The notes under the pieces: model-generated
Seen by the model: the letters and a program-made list of their open reading frames with translations, nothing else
Database searches by the model: none
What the model was told of the DNA's origin: nothing
Program-made: the position numbers and the translations under genes
IMG/VR virus record: IMGVR_UViG_3300028840_006907
Coordinates: 405,618 to 469,617 of that record
Direction: 5' to 3' (one strand)
Source of the DNA: a virus
DNA length: 64,000 bases
In this document: in pieces, positions 48,601 to 58,022 of the stretch
Layout: every line of letters starts with the position of its first letter
How positions within the stretch are numbered: position 1 is the stretch's first letter

Positions 48601-49824
48601 GACTTCGAAAAAATTCATATCAGGTGTTTTGATGTCGAAATTGATTCCGGTGATATTATTACAAGCTAAATTACCTGTATATCTTTTATCGACAGATACT
48701 CCGATTTCATCATGTCTGATATTGTTTGATTTCACTTTTAATGAGGCTCCAGGGTTTCCTTTATCTATGTCATATGAAATAGAGGATCGAAGGCTTTTCC
48801 AATTACTTAAATTATCGCTATTATTCCATTCTTCTTTAAAGGCTTGTCTATCACAATCAGTTGTATCTATTTCATAAAAATTAACTGTATCTCTTTTTGC
48901 TGGCATCAAGATTTTAATCCATCTGACTTGATACTTCTCTAATACGTCAAGAGAGACTTGTTTTACTTCCATTCCTAAACAGTCTACTTTATATACGTTA
49001 TATTCATCTATGGAAATATCTCCTTCTCTAAAACTGTAGTCAGCATTAGCATTAAGAATAGGTAAATAGTTCCATACATCATTTTTATCTTTAACAAGAG
49101 CCATTACATCGGCGAGTTGACCGTCATGGAGATAAAGGGTATCGGTTGAGGGTAATTTTTTCATATAGAAATAAATAACAGATGAATTTGCCTGTGTTAA
49201 TTCAGGGCTTATTAAACTGGTGCTAGTAGTATCCCATTGTTCACTGGAATAATTGCAGGAAGGCCCGAAATCATATTTATACAGAGTGGAATAGAATACT
49301 GAAGTATTTAACCAGGATCGGGGTGATTTGAAACCAGGATTAGGGAGTATTATTAAAGTATCTTGAAGTTGAATAATTACGGGAAAATCTAATCCTATGG
49401 TACTGAATCTGATTTTAGATCCATCTGCAGTAGCAATGGGGTGGCCTTTCTCAATCCATTGGCCCTCAGTGACAAATATGTCCTTTAATAGATTGTAAAG
49501 ACCATAGTAATATGATTCAGTATCATTTTTATCATAGAAGTGTTTAACAATCACTACAAGATATTCATATCCTAACTTTTTTCTTAGACTATCTGTTAAA
49601 GCCATATCGACTTGCCCATAGCCAACAGAGTATACAGTATCACCATTTTCAGTACTGAAATAAAATTCTTCGTCTAAACCGAATCCATCTTTCCAGTCTG
49701 TACTTCTGTACCAACCATCTCCATCGATAGCAACATTTTTTAAAAGATATGATATTTCATCCGCTTGAATAGCCAACCCTGTGAGGAACAGGTTAATAAT
49801 TATGATTAATAGATATTTCAACAC
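45694..49824 (-). CDS. giant secreted protein (1376 aa), function unknown
   Basis: N-terminal signal-like MLKYLLIIIINLFLTGLAIQA; single long ORF. Confidence 0.7.
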   Translation of the reverse strand: MLKYLLIIIINLFLTGLAIQADEISYLLKNVAIDGDGWYRSTDWKDGFGLDEEFYFSTENGDTVYSVGYGQVDMALTDSLRKKLGYEYLVVIVKHFYDKNDTESYYYGLYNLLKDIFVTEGQWIEKGHPIATADGSKIRFSTIGLDFPVIIQLQDTLIILPNPGFKSPRSWLNTSVFYSTLYKYDFGPSCNYSSEQWDTTSTSLISPELTQANSSVIYFYMKKLPSTDTLYLHDGQLADVMALVKDKNDVWNYLPILNANADYSFREGDISIDEYNVYKVDCLGMEVKQVSLDVLEKYQVRWIKILMPAKRDTVNFYEIDTTDCDRQAFKEEWNNSDNLSNWKSLRSSISYDIDKGNPGASLKVKSNNIRHDEIGVSVDKRYTGNLACNNITGINFDIKTPDMNFFEVRLRCNINKAWKKIFTREDFKINSWSHLSVKLDPTWSDSEAIANGWEQESPLRVISFAENLNLISALEIYGITHFCRDSLLQFNIDNFQVCYDATCTQTDISQIYPKNLIVIQADRDSAMLRWNSIPTSQYIVYKDTSPIDTISDTFYVDRNINQSLISTYSVIGLDNGSMSGISDIITMDFYKDIRQYGDWRNYTSARGTKYTILQSDTDKVNIGNTFMDMLIRLEGNLNVGWKLFMNDSFNLDMHAPYLDAHYRLKSWGHYRITHYLETKDNDTILLVFDTRHRDKYISKNGELRYGIGPHNDGSWKRVNHHLQHSLNEIAVALRKVPKRITRLIEIRFKCDTVEMEIPTFFHDSTNAMSDKFYIRDTSIVLANWDIRGNDSNAIVTKFYEYEDSTYCTRLLTTNGMATSFKLKFDEPNVSQFFSYIGIKNYTSDFRMYYEVLVVDTVNDTVIDYDIAYDTRNWTEKRIAHYVSGRDARIGIGDGRFGVYWHSYYGFLQEDLDSVCSAEGIPKMEIIGVLGISFRIEREILLYGLHLGDTKKDVLWTDRTPYTSVNHPDHYKVWKILGTKQGTSLNTVGVFTEFISDSGMATLYKFKFPLPNTHQFYGFTNITSFDPFRLFVEVITNKNTICRIAYDTRYDKGFKKMYSNGKEARVGIGAVPDTLIHDYNFDLKKDLIDVSTTSGIDTLYPVAVTGIYLRTGNKTRMAPFELRSNPQPDYSPPQPNPLSWEVAPVIMGHNSIMMEAVEATDENGVEYHFECIGGPCHNSKWQESPIYVDTGIYNPNLCTYRVRAIDNSPRRAYNITHWSVPGSAVAHVAPTIGYTTIFPKKVTTTPRRAMPFTMPYNDYIDSIAIYHGGGTGNLILAVYDGDNVPENLLGITPQTNVNSNEGWQTISLTTPVNILAGTKIWLAWVFENATEVRYEEHDSGRALVNGSSWSDGMPNHFGSSTVSNYVYSIYAIYRNSP

Positions 49825-49837
49825 TTAATACTCCTTT

Positions 49838-50860
49838 TTATAGATGATTTATATTCATTAAAATCTCGGCTAAAGAAGAGATATAGTTCTTTTCATTTAA
49901 GAAAATAGCTAGATCAATATTTAATAGCTCTTTATAATTTAGTACTTTTATATTTGTTATGGTATTAAGATTTTCAATTCTATTTTTTAGTATAGTTACA
50001 TTTTTTTCTAACTCTATTAATCGTTTTTTTAATATTACCTGTATTTTTTTATATTTATCTTTCAGTTGTTCAATTCGAACAAGATATGATTGAAAATTTT
50101 CTTTTCTCCAGTCATCTCGATAAATAATAGCTTCTCTATTATATTTATTCTGAAAGAAACGTCCAAATTTAAAATGAATCATTAATTGACCTAGAGGATT
50201 AATGATTATTTCTTTGTTCTCATATTGTACATTTACTCCTCCTGAAGTAGTAATTGCCCAGGCATAGGATTTTCTTAGGTTTGCAGAATGAATCTCTACT
50301 TCTCTATCATAGATAATGAAATGTGTCACTAATCTTTCTATTTTTATATTACGCGGTTTTGGTAATTGCCTGAGTCTTTCTATTTCTAAATTGGTCTCAA
50401 GTTCGATAAGGTTCAGTTTTTCGAGTTTATTCTCAAAGCTATATAAAACATCTAGTGTAACTAATTCTTTCTTTAATAGGAATTCAAGGGAAATTAATTT
50501 TTTGGTGACTGTATCTTTTAATTGAATAATATTTTTGAGTTTTGTTTCAAGAAGAGCAAGTTTCCCTATATCTGTACCAATAGTGAGTACTTTATCGAGT
50601 TCTTGACAGACTTCATATAAATGGCATTCGGCTTCAGTTCTCTTTCCAATTATAATGCCTTTATATAGATTGATAAAATTATACGTTAATTCTATATTTC
50701 CTTCTTGGCTATCTGTATTTACACCATGAATCAATAGTTCTGGGGTTAATAACAAGATTCTTTCTGAATTCTTTGTGGCAGTAAGCCATCTAGAATAAGG
50801 TAATTCACTGTAGACCGAGATTAAAAAAGTTATTAGAAGTATCTGTACTTTTATTAACAT
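49838..50860 (-). CDS. secreted hypothetical protein (340 aa)
   Basis: N-terminal hydrophobic signal-like segment; co-directional and tightly spaced. Confidence 0.55.
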   Translation of the reverse strand: MLIKVQILLITFLISVYSELPYSRWLTATKNSERILLLTPELLIHGVNTDSQEGNIELTYNFINLYKGIIIGKRTEAECHLYEVCQELDKVLTIGTDIGKLALLETKLKNIIQLKDTVTKKLISLEFLLKKELVTLDVLYSFENKLEKLNLIELETNLEIERLRQLPKPRNIKIERLVTHFIIYDREVEIHSANLRKSYAWAITTSGGVNVQYENKEIIINPLGQLMIHFKFGRFFQNKYNREAIIYRDDWRKENFQSYLVRIEQLKDKYKKIQVILKKRLIELEKNVTILKNRIENLNTITNIKVLNYKELLNIDLAIFLNEKNYISSLAEILMNINHL

Positions 50861-50869
50861 CTTATATCC

Positions 50870-51970
50870 TTACAGAATGAAAAAAGGCTTCGTTCCAACA
50901 TGTAATGATTTTGCTTTAGCCCAATCCATGTCCTTATCTTTCATATCAATAATAACCATCATACCTCTTAATTCTTTGTTGAATACAGGATGTTTTGCAA
51001 TAATTTCTCCTTCAAGGACTTCTTTAACAACAGCGATTTTTTTACATAGAAATAAACCCAGGTAACACCCATAGATAGGATCGTTGACTTTTATATTTCG
51101 AATATTTGAATATGGAGCAAATGCTACAATTACACTCTTATTTATAGCTTTAAAATATGGGGATTGCTCTAATTTTTCACAGATTTCATTGTAACCTTCA
51201 AGAGAGCTATCAATTATCTCTGATTCTAAATTTAACATATCTATTTCATTTTCCAACCCATTGACATCTTGATTTAATATAAGATATTCCTGTTCTATAA
51301 TGAGGACATCATAAATGGGTTCTGCTTTATATTTTGTATCTGTTTTTTTTATTTTATTATTGAATGATTCTAATGAAGAGATGCTTTTTATTAATCTATT
51401 TTTTTCTAATTTTAATTGTTCTTCTTTTTGTTTAAATGTCGCTAAATTCCTGATATTCTGATCTATACTGAATTTATTGCGATTATATGTCTGTCTATCT
51501 ATGATACCAGCAGAAATTAAAGAACTGATATTAGCTAACTCTGATCTTGAATAAGCTCCATTCGCGGTGAATTCGATATCATCATGTTCTTTAAGGGCTT
51601 CAGAAATCAGATCTAATTTCTGTCTCATCATTTTAAGATCGCTTTTAAAAGCCAGTTCAAACCTTTTTTGCAGATCTTTTTTTACTTTGACTTCTTCTTT
51701 GAGCAGTCTTATTTTAGACTGCAGTCTGAGTTTTTCTACCATTGTTTTATTATAGAGAAACTTCTGTTGTATATGTTGGGAGTTTAATTTAACTACCTGT
51801 TCAGAGTGCGGGGATAAAATAATAGGAATCACCCATCTTTTATCAATAATATAAAAAAGAGATCCTGTAAGGTATCCAAGTATTCCTACACAGATAGCTG
51901 CCAAAGTTATGAATCCGATTATTTTATATATAGAAAGAAATAACCAGTTTAAGCTTGTTTTAATATTCAT
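50870..51970 (-). CDS. membrane-anchored coiled-coil protein, HlyD/membrane-fusion-like (366 aa)
   Basis: N-terminal TM helix, long heptad-like charged region, C-terminal beta-rich segment; architecture only. Confidence 0.45.
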   Translation of the reverse strand: MNIKTSLNWLFLSIYKIIGFITLAAICVGILGYLTGSLFYIIDKRWVIPIILSPHSEQVVKLNSQHIQQKFLYNKTMVEKLRLQSKIRLLKEEVKVKKDLQKRFELAFKSDLKMMRQKLDLISEALKEHDDIEFTANGAYSRSELANISSLISAGIIDRQTYNRNKFSIDQNIRNLATFKQKEEQLKLEKNRLIKSISSLESFNNKIKKTDTKYKAEPIYDVLIIEQEYLILNQDVNGLENEIDMLNLESEIIDSSLEGYNEICEKLEQSPYFKAINKSVIVAFAPYSNIRNIKVNDPIYGCYLGLFLCKKIAVVKEVLEGEIIAKHPVFNKELRGMMVIIDMKDKDMDWAKAKSLHVGTKPFFIL

Positions 51971-52000
51971 AAGGTCAAGTTATTAAATTTTCTATCCTTT

Positions 52001-53182
52001 CTATCGAGTCTCCCAGCTCCCGGAATCAAGAGTAAAAAGAGCTAGTGGTGTTAAAATCAAATATGTGACTGGCATTATTATAGCAATTGTGAGAAAAGCT
52101 AAAGGAAATTTAGCTTTTTTATTTATGGGAAGATTACGTGTGTCTATTGTATAAATAATTACGAATATGAATAGTAATAAAATATGAAACATTGCAAATT
52201 CAAAGAAATATCCGGACATGGATGTCTGTATAAGAATCATGGGATAGGATAAAAGCATAGCAAAAAGTCCAAGATAATGGATACTTACAATTGGATTGAT
52301 TTTCCATATATGAGATAACCCGCAGAAAAAATCGATTAAATTAGATCTTCTCCATCGTAATTGTTGCAGTATATATTGATCTAAGTTCTCAGGGACTTTT
52401 GTATATGAATGAGCATCAAGAGTAAGAAAGGTTTTATAGCCAGCTTTAATTATTTGTCTTGTTAAGAATCGATCTTCACCGTATTTAATTGGAAGCCCGA
52501 AGAAATTCCTTTTTAGTAAAATATCTTCAAGTTCAATTAATACTTTAGTTCGATAAGCTGTTAAACATCCTGATAAGCACATAACACTGAAAAAAGATCT
52601 CTCTAAATTTTTTAAATGTTTATAACTGTAATAATATTTTACTGTCTGCATTTGGGTGAGCCAATTAACATTGTTGTTAACCACATCGACTCTCCCACCA
52701 ACTGCAACTATGTCTTCTTTAGTGAAACGTCTAATAAGGCGAGAAATTGCATGTTTATCTAAAATTACATCAGAATCAATTGAAATAACAAATTCTGTTT
52801 TACAACGACGTACAGCATTGATAATACTTTTTCTTTTTCCTACATTATTTTTATTTCGAAATATTTGTGCATTAGGGTATTTAACAATTTCTTTTTTGGC
52901 TATTTCATAACTATTATCGGTAGAACAATCATCAATAACCATGACATGTAAATTCTCTTTTGGATAAACTTGTTCAGAGAAGCTACGGATAGTTTTGGCT
53001 ATACTACCACCTTCATTGTACAAGGGAACAATAATAGTTATGGGAGGATGAAAATTTTCTTTGATCTCAGATAAAGCTTTTTTATTTAAATTAAGATAAA
53101 ATCTTCCGAAGATATATCTATTAACAAAAACAACGAAAATGAGTAGATGTGCAATTATTAAGAGAATGCCAAATAAATCCAC
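52001..53182 (-). CDS. processive family-2 glycosyltransferase, polysaccharide-synthase-like (393 aa)
   Basis: GT2 blocks ITIIVPLYNEGGSI, VMVIDDCSTDNS, ISIDSDVIL, GEDRFLT and QxxRW motif QQLRWRRS; N- and C-terminal TM helices. Confidence 0.8.
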   Translation of the reverse strand: MDLFGILLIIAHLLIFVVFVNRYIFGRFYLNLNKKALSEIKENFHPPITIIVPLYNEGGSIAKTIRSFSEQVYPKENLHVMVIDDCSTDNSYEIAKKEIVKYPNAQIFRNKNNVGKRKSIINAVRRCKTEFVISIDSDVILDKHAISRLIRRFTKEDIVAVGGRVDVVNNNVNWLTQMQTVKYYYSYKHLKNLERSFFSVMCLSGCLTAYRTKVLIELEDILLKRNFFGLPIKYGEDRFLTRQIIKAGYKTFLTLDAHSYTKVPENLDQYILQQLRWRRSNLIDFFCGLSHIWKINPIVSIHYLGLFAMLLSYPMILIQTSMSGYFFEFAMFHILLLFIFVIIYTIDTRNLPINKKAKFPLAFLTIAIIMPVTYLILTPLALFTLDSGSWETR

Positions 53183-53199
53183 GTGTTTCCTTTGCTACA

Positions 53200-53637
53200 T
53201 CATTCAAATACTGTTTTATATTTTAGTCCTGCTTTTCTTACATATTCATATAATTTAAAATCATCTGATTCTATAAGAACATGGTCTTCACTGCGTGGTC
53301 CTGGCTTATATATTATTTTTGAAAATTGATCTTTATCCATCATAATGATAATATCAATAGCACTATCAATATTTTTATACCTTTCAGGTGGTACTGGGAA
53401 ATCTTTATATTTTTCAGGTTTTAAAGGATATCCATCCGTAACTCTCTTACCAGGCCAGATTCCTAAAAGGTAAACTATTTTACGAGTAGTTATTATTTTC
53501 TTCAATTCATAACGATTATAGGCCATTATTGATTCACTCATAAGAGGGTCATCGTTATCTTCTCTTAATACAGTACAAATAATAGGTGTATGGATAGAGA
53601 TAGGAAATCCGCCATCTTCAAAATCAGTTATTAACAT
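53200..53637 (-). CDS. hypothetical protein (145 aa)
   Basis: Track ORF; start overlaps the stop of the MaoC gene. Confidence 0.5.
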   Translation of the reverse strand: MLITDFEDGGFPISIHTPIICTVLREDNDDPLMSESIMAYNRYELKKIITTRKIVYLLGIWPGKRVTDGYPLKPEKYKDFPVPPERYKNIDSAIDIIIMMDKDQFSKIIYKPGPRSEDHVLIESDDFKLYEYVRKAGLKYKTVFE

Positions 53638-54056
53638 TATTCCTCCTTTGGTGCTTTAACAATAGCTTCACCTTTAATAAGTATGGTCCCTGTATTACTT
53701 TTATTATCATTAATACAATATGTATTTAATGTAATAATTGGTTTATCTTTTCGTATATGTATAATTTTGACTACAAATAATACTTGTTCACCTATAAATA
53801 CGGGTTTTAAAAAATTTAAATTTTGGCCTAAATAAATAGAACCTTTGCCTGGTAATTTGCTCCCGATTAATCCGGAAAAGAAGCTGGCAGCAAACATTCC
53901 AGGGACAACAGGTCTCCCGAAAATAGACTTTTCTGCATATTTTTTGTCAGTGTGAATCGGATTATCATCATGTATGAGTCCACTATAATAAAGAACTTCA
54001 TGTTCGGTGAAAGTATGGCGTATAGTGGCAATGTCATTAATATTAAACTTCATCAA
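53637..54056 (-). CDS. MaoC-like hotdog-fold dehydratase (139 aa)
   Basis: LIHDDNPIHTDKKYAEKSIFGRPVVPGMF and LPGKGSIYLGQNLNFLKPVFIGEQV match the MaoC/R-hydratase signature. Confidence 0.7.
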   Translation of the reverse strand: MMKFNINDIATIRHTFTEHEVLYYSGLIHDDNPIHTDKKYAEKSIFGRPVVPGMFAASFFSGLIGSKLPGKGSIYLGQNLNFLKPVFIGEQVLFVVKIIHIRKDKPIITLNTYCINDNKSNTGTILIKGEAIVKAPKEE

Positions 54057-54594
54057 AATTGACCCTTAATATTTTCATCATGGTAGCACTTACTTCATAC
54101 ATGATATTGTTGATATGATCTTTTGAACTTTTTTCATCAATAGTGCTTAACAAGTTGACTACATTATTAATTTCATTAATATATTTATCGATTTTTTCTA
54201 TGGTTTTGGGTTCCTCTTTTACTTGTTTTTTAAGTTCTTCTAATTTACCAAGAGTAATTTGATAGTTCTCCAAAATAACTTCTTTAAACACATTAAAGTT
54301 TTCATAGGGATTCTTAGGGCATTTTTTAGGGTCTGTTTCATAAATTTTAGCAAAGATCATTTTGTGTAAAGGGTCACATAATCCGTTATGTAGGATTCTT
54401 GTAAGAGTATAAAGATGCCCTATTCGATCAGATATAGATTCCATTTTTTTATATATCTCAATCATCTGTTTATAGGCTTTCGTGATATTTTTAGTAGCTC
54501 TTAATATAAACCAGAAACTAATTGCAAATGCTAAAGGGAGGCCAAATTTTGCTATCCATTCACCCATCATATTTCCTTTAATAGTTCGAACCAA
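54043..54594 (-). CDS. hypothetical protein with N-terminal TM helix (183 aa)
   Basis: Track ORF; overlapping neighbours. Confidence 0.5.
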   Translation of the reverse strand: MVRTIKGNMMGEWIAKFGLPLAFAISFWFILRATKNITKAYKQMIEIYKKMESISDRIGHLYTLTRILHNGLCDPLHKMIFAKIYETDPKKCPKNPYENFNVFKEVILENYQITLGKLEELKKQVKEEPKTIEKIDKYINEINNVVNLLSTIDEKSSKDHINNIMYEVSATMMKILRVNFDEV

Positions 54595-55211
54595 CCCTTT
54601 TTAGATGCTGTAAAAAGTATCCTTTTGGCAAGTTCCATATCTTCTACTATTTCATTATTTATCTCTATTAATTCTTTTACCATTTTAAAAGTTTTAGAAA
54701 TATTAGCTTCTGTAAACTTTTTAAAGAATATTTTTATTTCGGGCCAGTCCCGGTCGTAGACCTGGTATGTATTATATATTTTATTTAATTGTTCACGAAA
54801 TTCCTCTATTGAAAATATTTGATTTAATCGAAAGTCGAACTGAAGATAGGGCCATTTATAGTATTTTCCCGTTTTTTCATATTCTTCAGAAGAGACAGGG
54901 TCAGCTTCTATATTGAAGAAATCAAATTCAAAATCGAATCTTTTACTTGTTTGACAGAGTATATTTAAAAGTTCGATGTTGGTATTATTAAAATATTTTT
55001 GAAATTCGTGTAATATATCCCAGGGAATATCTTTTTCATCTTTTATATCATCCATATGAAATTTAACATAAAAGCCTTTTTCTTCAATTATTATTAGTTT
55101 TAAATTGGAGAAATCAAAGACTTCGATTAAACCGTCATCCCTTCTATTTATTTTACGGTATGAATATTTCTCAAAATCCACCATAACTTTTATTGCATTT
55201 AGGTTAATCAT
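54567..55211 (-). CDS. hypothetical protein (214 aa)
   Basis: Track ORF in co-directional chain. Confidence 0.5.
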   Translation of the reverse strand: MINLNAIKVMVDFEKYSYRKINRRDDGLIEVFDFSNLKLIIIEEKGFYVKFHMDDIKDEKDIPWDILHEFQKYFNNTNIELLNILCQTSKRFDFEFDFFNIEADPVSSEEYEKTGKYYKWPYLQFDFRLNQIFSIEEFREQLNKIYNTYQVYDRDWPEIKIFFKKFTEANISKTFKMVKELIEINNEIVEDMELAKRILFTASKKGWFELLKEI

Positions 55212-55752
55212 TTTTCTTTTCCATCTCTATAGATAATAGAATTTCATAGTCATAAGTAGGACGTTCATCACTCTTACCTTTCATAACATAGGTAATAGGG
55301 TATTCAATATCTTCTGAATAAGGTTCGGTGATTACTTTTGTCATTAAAGGAGTATCTCTGAACATGACTTTAATTATTGAAACAGCATTAGATAATAAAT
55401 ATTCCCCGACTTGTTTCCAGATATCATTCGAATCTGAATTGGCCATTTTAAGTTTACTCTTAGCTATTTTTAAACCTTTATCAGCAAGATTGGTTAACAA
55501 ATCTGCTGTTAAAGTATTATCTTTAAGTCCTCTTTGTTCCATACAAGTAATAATAATTGGTGTATCTTTTTCAACATAGCTATCAAAAATGACTTCATCT
55601 AAATCAAGACATGCCCCACGTTTTATACCTCGAATAGTTTGACTTACGATGCATTTTTGATTAACAGCAGTAATGAAATAAAGTTCATCTTTTCGGGGAT
55701 CCTGGGGATCATTACATTTGATATTTGTGACCTTGATTTTTAAAGCTACCAT
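55204..55752 (-). CDS. hypothetical protein (182 aa)
   Basis: Track ORF; 167-bp intergenic region upstream. Confidence 0.5.
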   Translation of the reverse strand: MVALKIKVTNIKCNDPQDPRKDELYFITAVNQKCIVSQTIRGIKRGACLDLDEVIFDSYVEKDTPIIITCMEQRGLKDNTLTADLLTNLADKGLKIAKSKLKMANSDSNDIWKQVGEYLLSNAVSIIKVMFRDTPLMTKVITEPYSEDIEYPITYVMKGKSDERPTYDYEILLSIEMEKKND

Positions 55753-55918
55753 AATTATTCTCCTTTTTTATCTTTATTTATTATTTTTATATTGATTAAT
55801 GGGATATTGTATGGTTTGGGGCTCTTCTCCTCCTTTGAAGGGTCCCAATTTTAATTTGATTCATTAAAGATGTTTGTACCATTTATAATATTGATAATTG
55901 TTTCCCAAATCTCTCTCA

Positions 55919-56254
55919 TTATTCTATTTCCCTGACTGCTTTTACTAGAGCTACAAATTTCTCACTTTTATAAGACATAAATACTTTTTTACCAACAACT
56001 CGTTTAGCTTCTATCTCATTATGTTCGGCGATAATCTCATTTTGCGCCTTTTCTAGTTGTGCTTCAAGAGCTAGTTGTTTATATTCTTCTTTAGTCATAA
56101 TATTCCCTACTCGTAAATGTTTATGGTCTTCTTTCCAATCATTAAAACATTTTTTGCAAAGTGTGAGTTCAGCGTATTTTCGATATACAGCATCTTTGGC
56201 TTTGTGGATTGGTATAGCCCACCCTTCACATATCCCTTTATATTTAAATTTCAT
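55919..56254 (-). CDS. hypothetical protein (111 aa)
   Basis: Track ORF. Confidence 0.45.
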   Translation of the reverse strand: MKFKYKGICEGWAIPIHKAKDAVYRKYAELTLCKKCFNDWKEDHKHLRVGNIMTKEEYKQLALEAQLEKAQNEIIAEHNEIEAKRVVGKKVFMSYKSEKFVALVKAVREIE

Positions 56255-56257
56255 TGT

Positions 56258-56449
56258 TTAAATATTTTCAGGATGTCTTATTGCCAAAATCACTGTTATA
56301 AATGCAATGATACTAAAGATCGTGTGTCCTATGATTGATGTAATATGGCTATTTGTAATTAATCCAATTGTATTAACAATGTGAGTAATTACGCCTAGCC
56401 ACAACCCATTTGGAAGAAGAAAATCTCCTCGAAACCACCATTTTTTCAT
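56258..56449 (-). CDS. small membrane protein (63 aa)
   Basis: Two hydrophobic segments; 4-nt overlaps in a chain. Confidence 0.4.
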   Translation of the reverse strand: MKKWWFRGDFLLPNGLWLGVITHIVNTIGLITNSHITSIIGHTIFSIIAFITVILAIRHPENI

Positions 56450-56679
56450 TTCATAAATTTCCTGTAAAAACGTCCTCCGATTATTATTGATAAAAATACT
56501 AAAACCATATATAAAATTACATTCATTGTTTTTATTTCATGATAAGTATGAAAATAAGATACCAATATTGATATAAAAAGTACCTCATCCATTTCATCTC
56601 TTTTAAACAAGACCATTGATATAAAATTGAATATAGCAAAATTAACCATTAAATTACCTATATACATGAGATATATCAT
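56446..56679 (-). CDS. small membrane protein (77 aa)
   Basis: Hydrophobic helices. Confidence 0.4.
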   Translation of the reverse strand: MIYLMYIGNLMVNFAIFNFISMVLFKRDEMDEVLFISILVSYFHTYHEIKTMNVILYMVLVFLSIIIGGRFYRKFMK

Positions 56680-56920
56680 TAATCTTTTCCTTTATTCCTC
56701 TACATATTATTTGACCGATGATATAAATGAACATTGGTATAGCAAAGAAAAATATTTGAGCAACTACTCCTAAAATTTTCCAACCAGTAAAGTTTTCATC
56801 ATATCCAAAGTTATCAATACTTTCAAAATAATCGGAAAACCAAACTATTAATACTATGAAATTTATCAGGAAATATGTGGATATACCTATAGTTATTAAT
56901 GCATATTTAAATTCCATCAA
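56654..56920 (-). CDS. small membrane protein (88 aa)
   Basis: Hydrophobic helices. Confidence 0.4.
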   Translation of the reverse strand: MMEFKYALITIGISTYFLINFIVLIVWFSDYFESIDNFGYDENFTGWKILGVVAQIFFFAIPMFIYIIGQIICRGIKEKINDISHVYR

Positions 56921-57540
56921 TAATGCCCTTCACTTTTTCTGAGATCTTCGATGTCAGTGTATATAACTCTTTGACCACATAATACACAATAATCATGCTC
57001 TTGAAGTATATGAGTTTTTGGATCTCTACCAACAAATAATAAACCTATATTACATGCTGGACAAATACTTCTATAAACACTTAAATTACTAGATCTTTTT
57101 AATTTCTTGTGAGGTATTCGAAGTATAGGAGCATTTATATTAGCATGTTCCCATTCCCTTGGGTCGTCTTGTTTAGGTATTTTAAAACCTTTCCAATCAA
57201 ATGGACTTTTTCCATCCATATGTAATTCTATAATCTCAGTAGACACATACCCTGTATCGATAAATAAATTACTTCCTACAAAGGTAGAAAAAGAGATATT
57301 ATCGACATCAACTCTATATATCAGATCATCAGGGTCAAATAATTGTATCCATTTGTTATCGGTGTTTTTAATTAATACATCGAAATAAATAAATAGTTCT
57401 TGTTTATTTAATAAGATATTACTGATAATACCTCGATAAATATATTTATTGGATTTATCAACAATCTCTGCATCGCCCCCAATATAATAGCTCAATATTT
57501 TATCATATTTATGTATATCTAACATCAACTTACTTTCCAT
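56917..57540 (-). CDS. hypothetical Cys-containing protein (about 207 aa; internal Met of track ORF 56917..57663)
   Basis: Start trimmed to give a 16-nt overlap with the upstream gene; CPACNIG...CVLCGQ. Confidence 0.45.
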   Translation of the reverse strand: MESKLMLDIHKYDKILSYYIGGDAEIVDKSNKYIYRGIISNILLNKQELFIYFDVLIKNTDNKWIQLFDPDDLIYRVDVDNISFSTFVGSNLFIDTGYVSTEIIELHMDGKSPFDWKGFKIPKQDDPREWEHANINAPILRIPHKKLKRSSNLSVYRSICPACNIGLLFVGRDPKTHILQEHDYCVLCGQRVIYTDIEDLRKSEGHY

Positions 57541-57998
57541 AGAAGTATTATTATGAGTACTATAAATACAGCATCTATTGCAACATTGTTTAATGCTCTC
57601 ATTGCTGTCCCCTGCCAGGAGAATGTCCTTCGAAATGGGAAGAATCCTCCATGAACAAACCAAAATCGGTCTTTAAATATCTTTTCCCATAGAAAATCCC
57701 ATATATCCATAAGATTAGCTGCAACTGCACCGGCAAAGAGAATCCAATCTCCTTTAATAATTAAATAAGCTATGATGAGACCCGCTAAAAAACATTGTAC
57801 TGCTATTAGTGTATATTCTTTCCAAGTATAATTCTTGAAATCCCATTTGCTTTTAAGACCAGAGGTACTAGAGGTCCATTCAGGGTAAAGATCAACAATA
57901 ATATGGCTAAAGAAAGCAACAGGGATTGAAACCCATGGATTTGGAATTACTTTTGTGAGTGTTATACCTATAGTCGCGTGTAAAGGAGTGAAAGCCAT
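57525..57998 (-). CDS. integral membrane protein (157 aa)
   Basis: Multiple hydrophobic helices. Confidence 0.45.
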   Translation of the reverse strand: MAFTPLHATIGITLTKVIPNPWVSIPVAFFSHIIVDLYPEWTSSTSGLKSKWDFKNYTWKEYTLIAVQCFLAGLIIAYLIIKGDWILFAGAVAANLMDIWDFLWEKIFKDRFWFVHGGFFPFRRTFSWQGTAMRALNNVAIDAVFIVLIIILLWKVS

Positions 57999-58022
57999 AA
58001 ATTTTCCTTTGTTAAGAGTGTA

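Noticed and set aside
46027-52910. Plus-strand track ORFs inside the minus-strand polysaccharide module (46027..46416, 48419..48877, 50316..50525, 50877..51065, 51567..51755, 52656..52910).
   Set aside because: Embedded opposite long minus-strand genes with clear domain signatures.
45694-53182. Possibility that the minus-strand polysaccharide module is host chromosome flanking a prophage end.
   Set aside because: Phage-like tightly coupled small genes continue on the same strand for another 10 kb to the right and no integrase, attachment-site repeat or tRNA was seen; not rejected firmly, needs comparative data.
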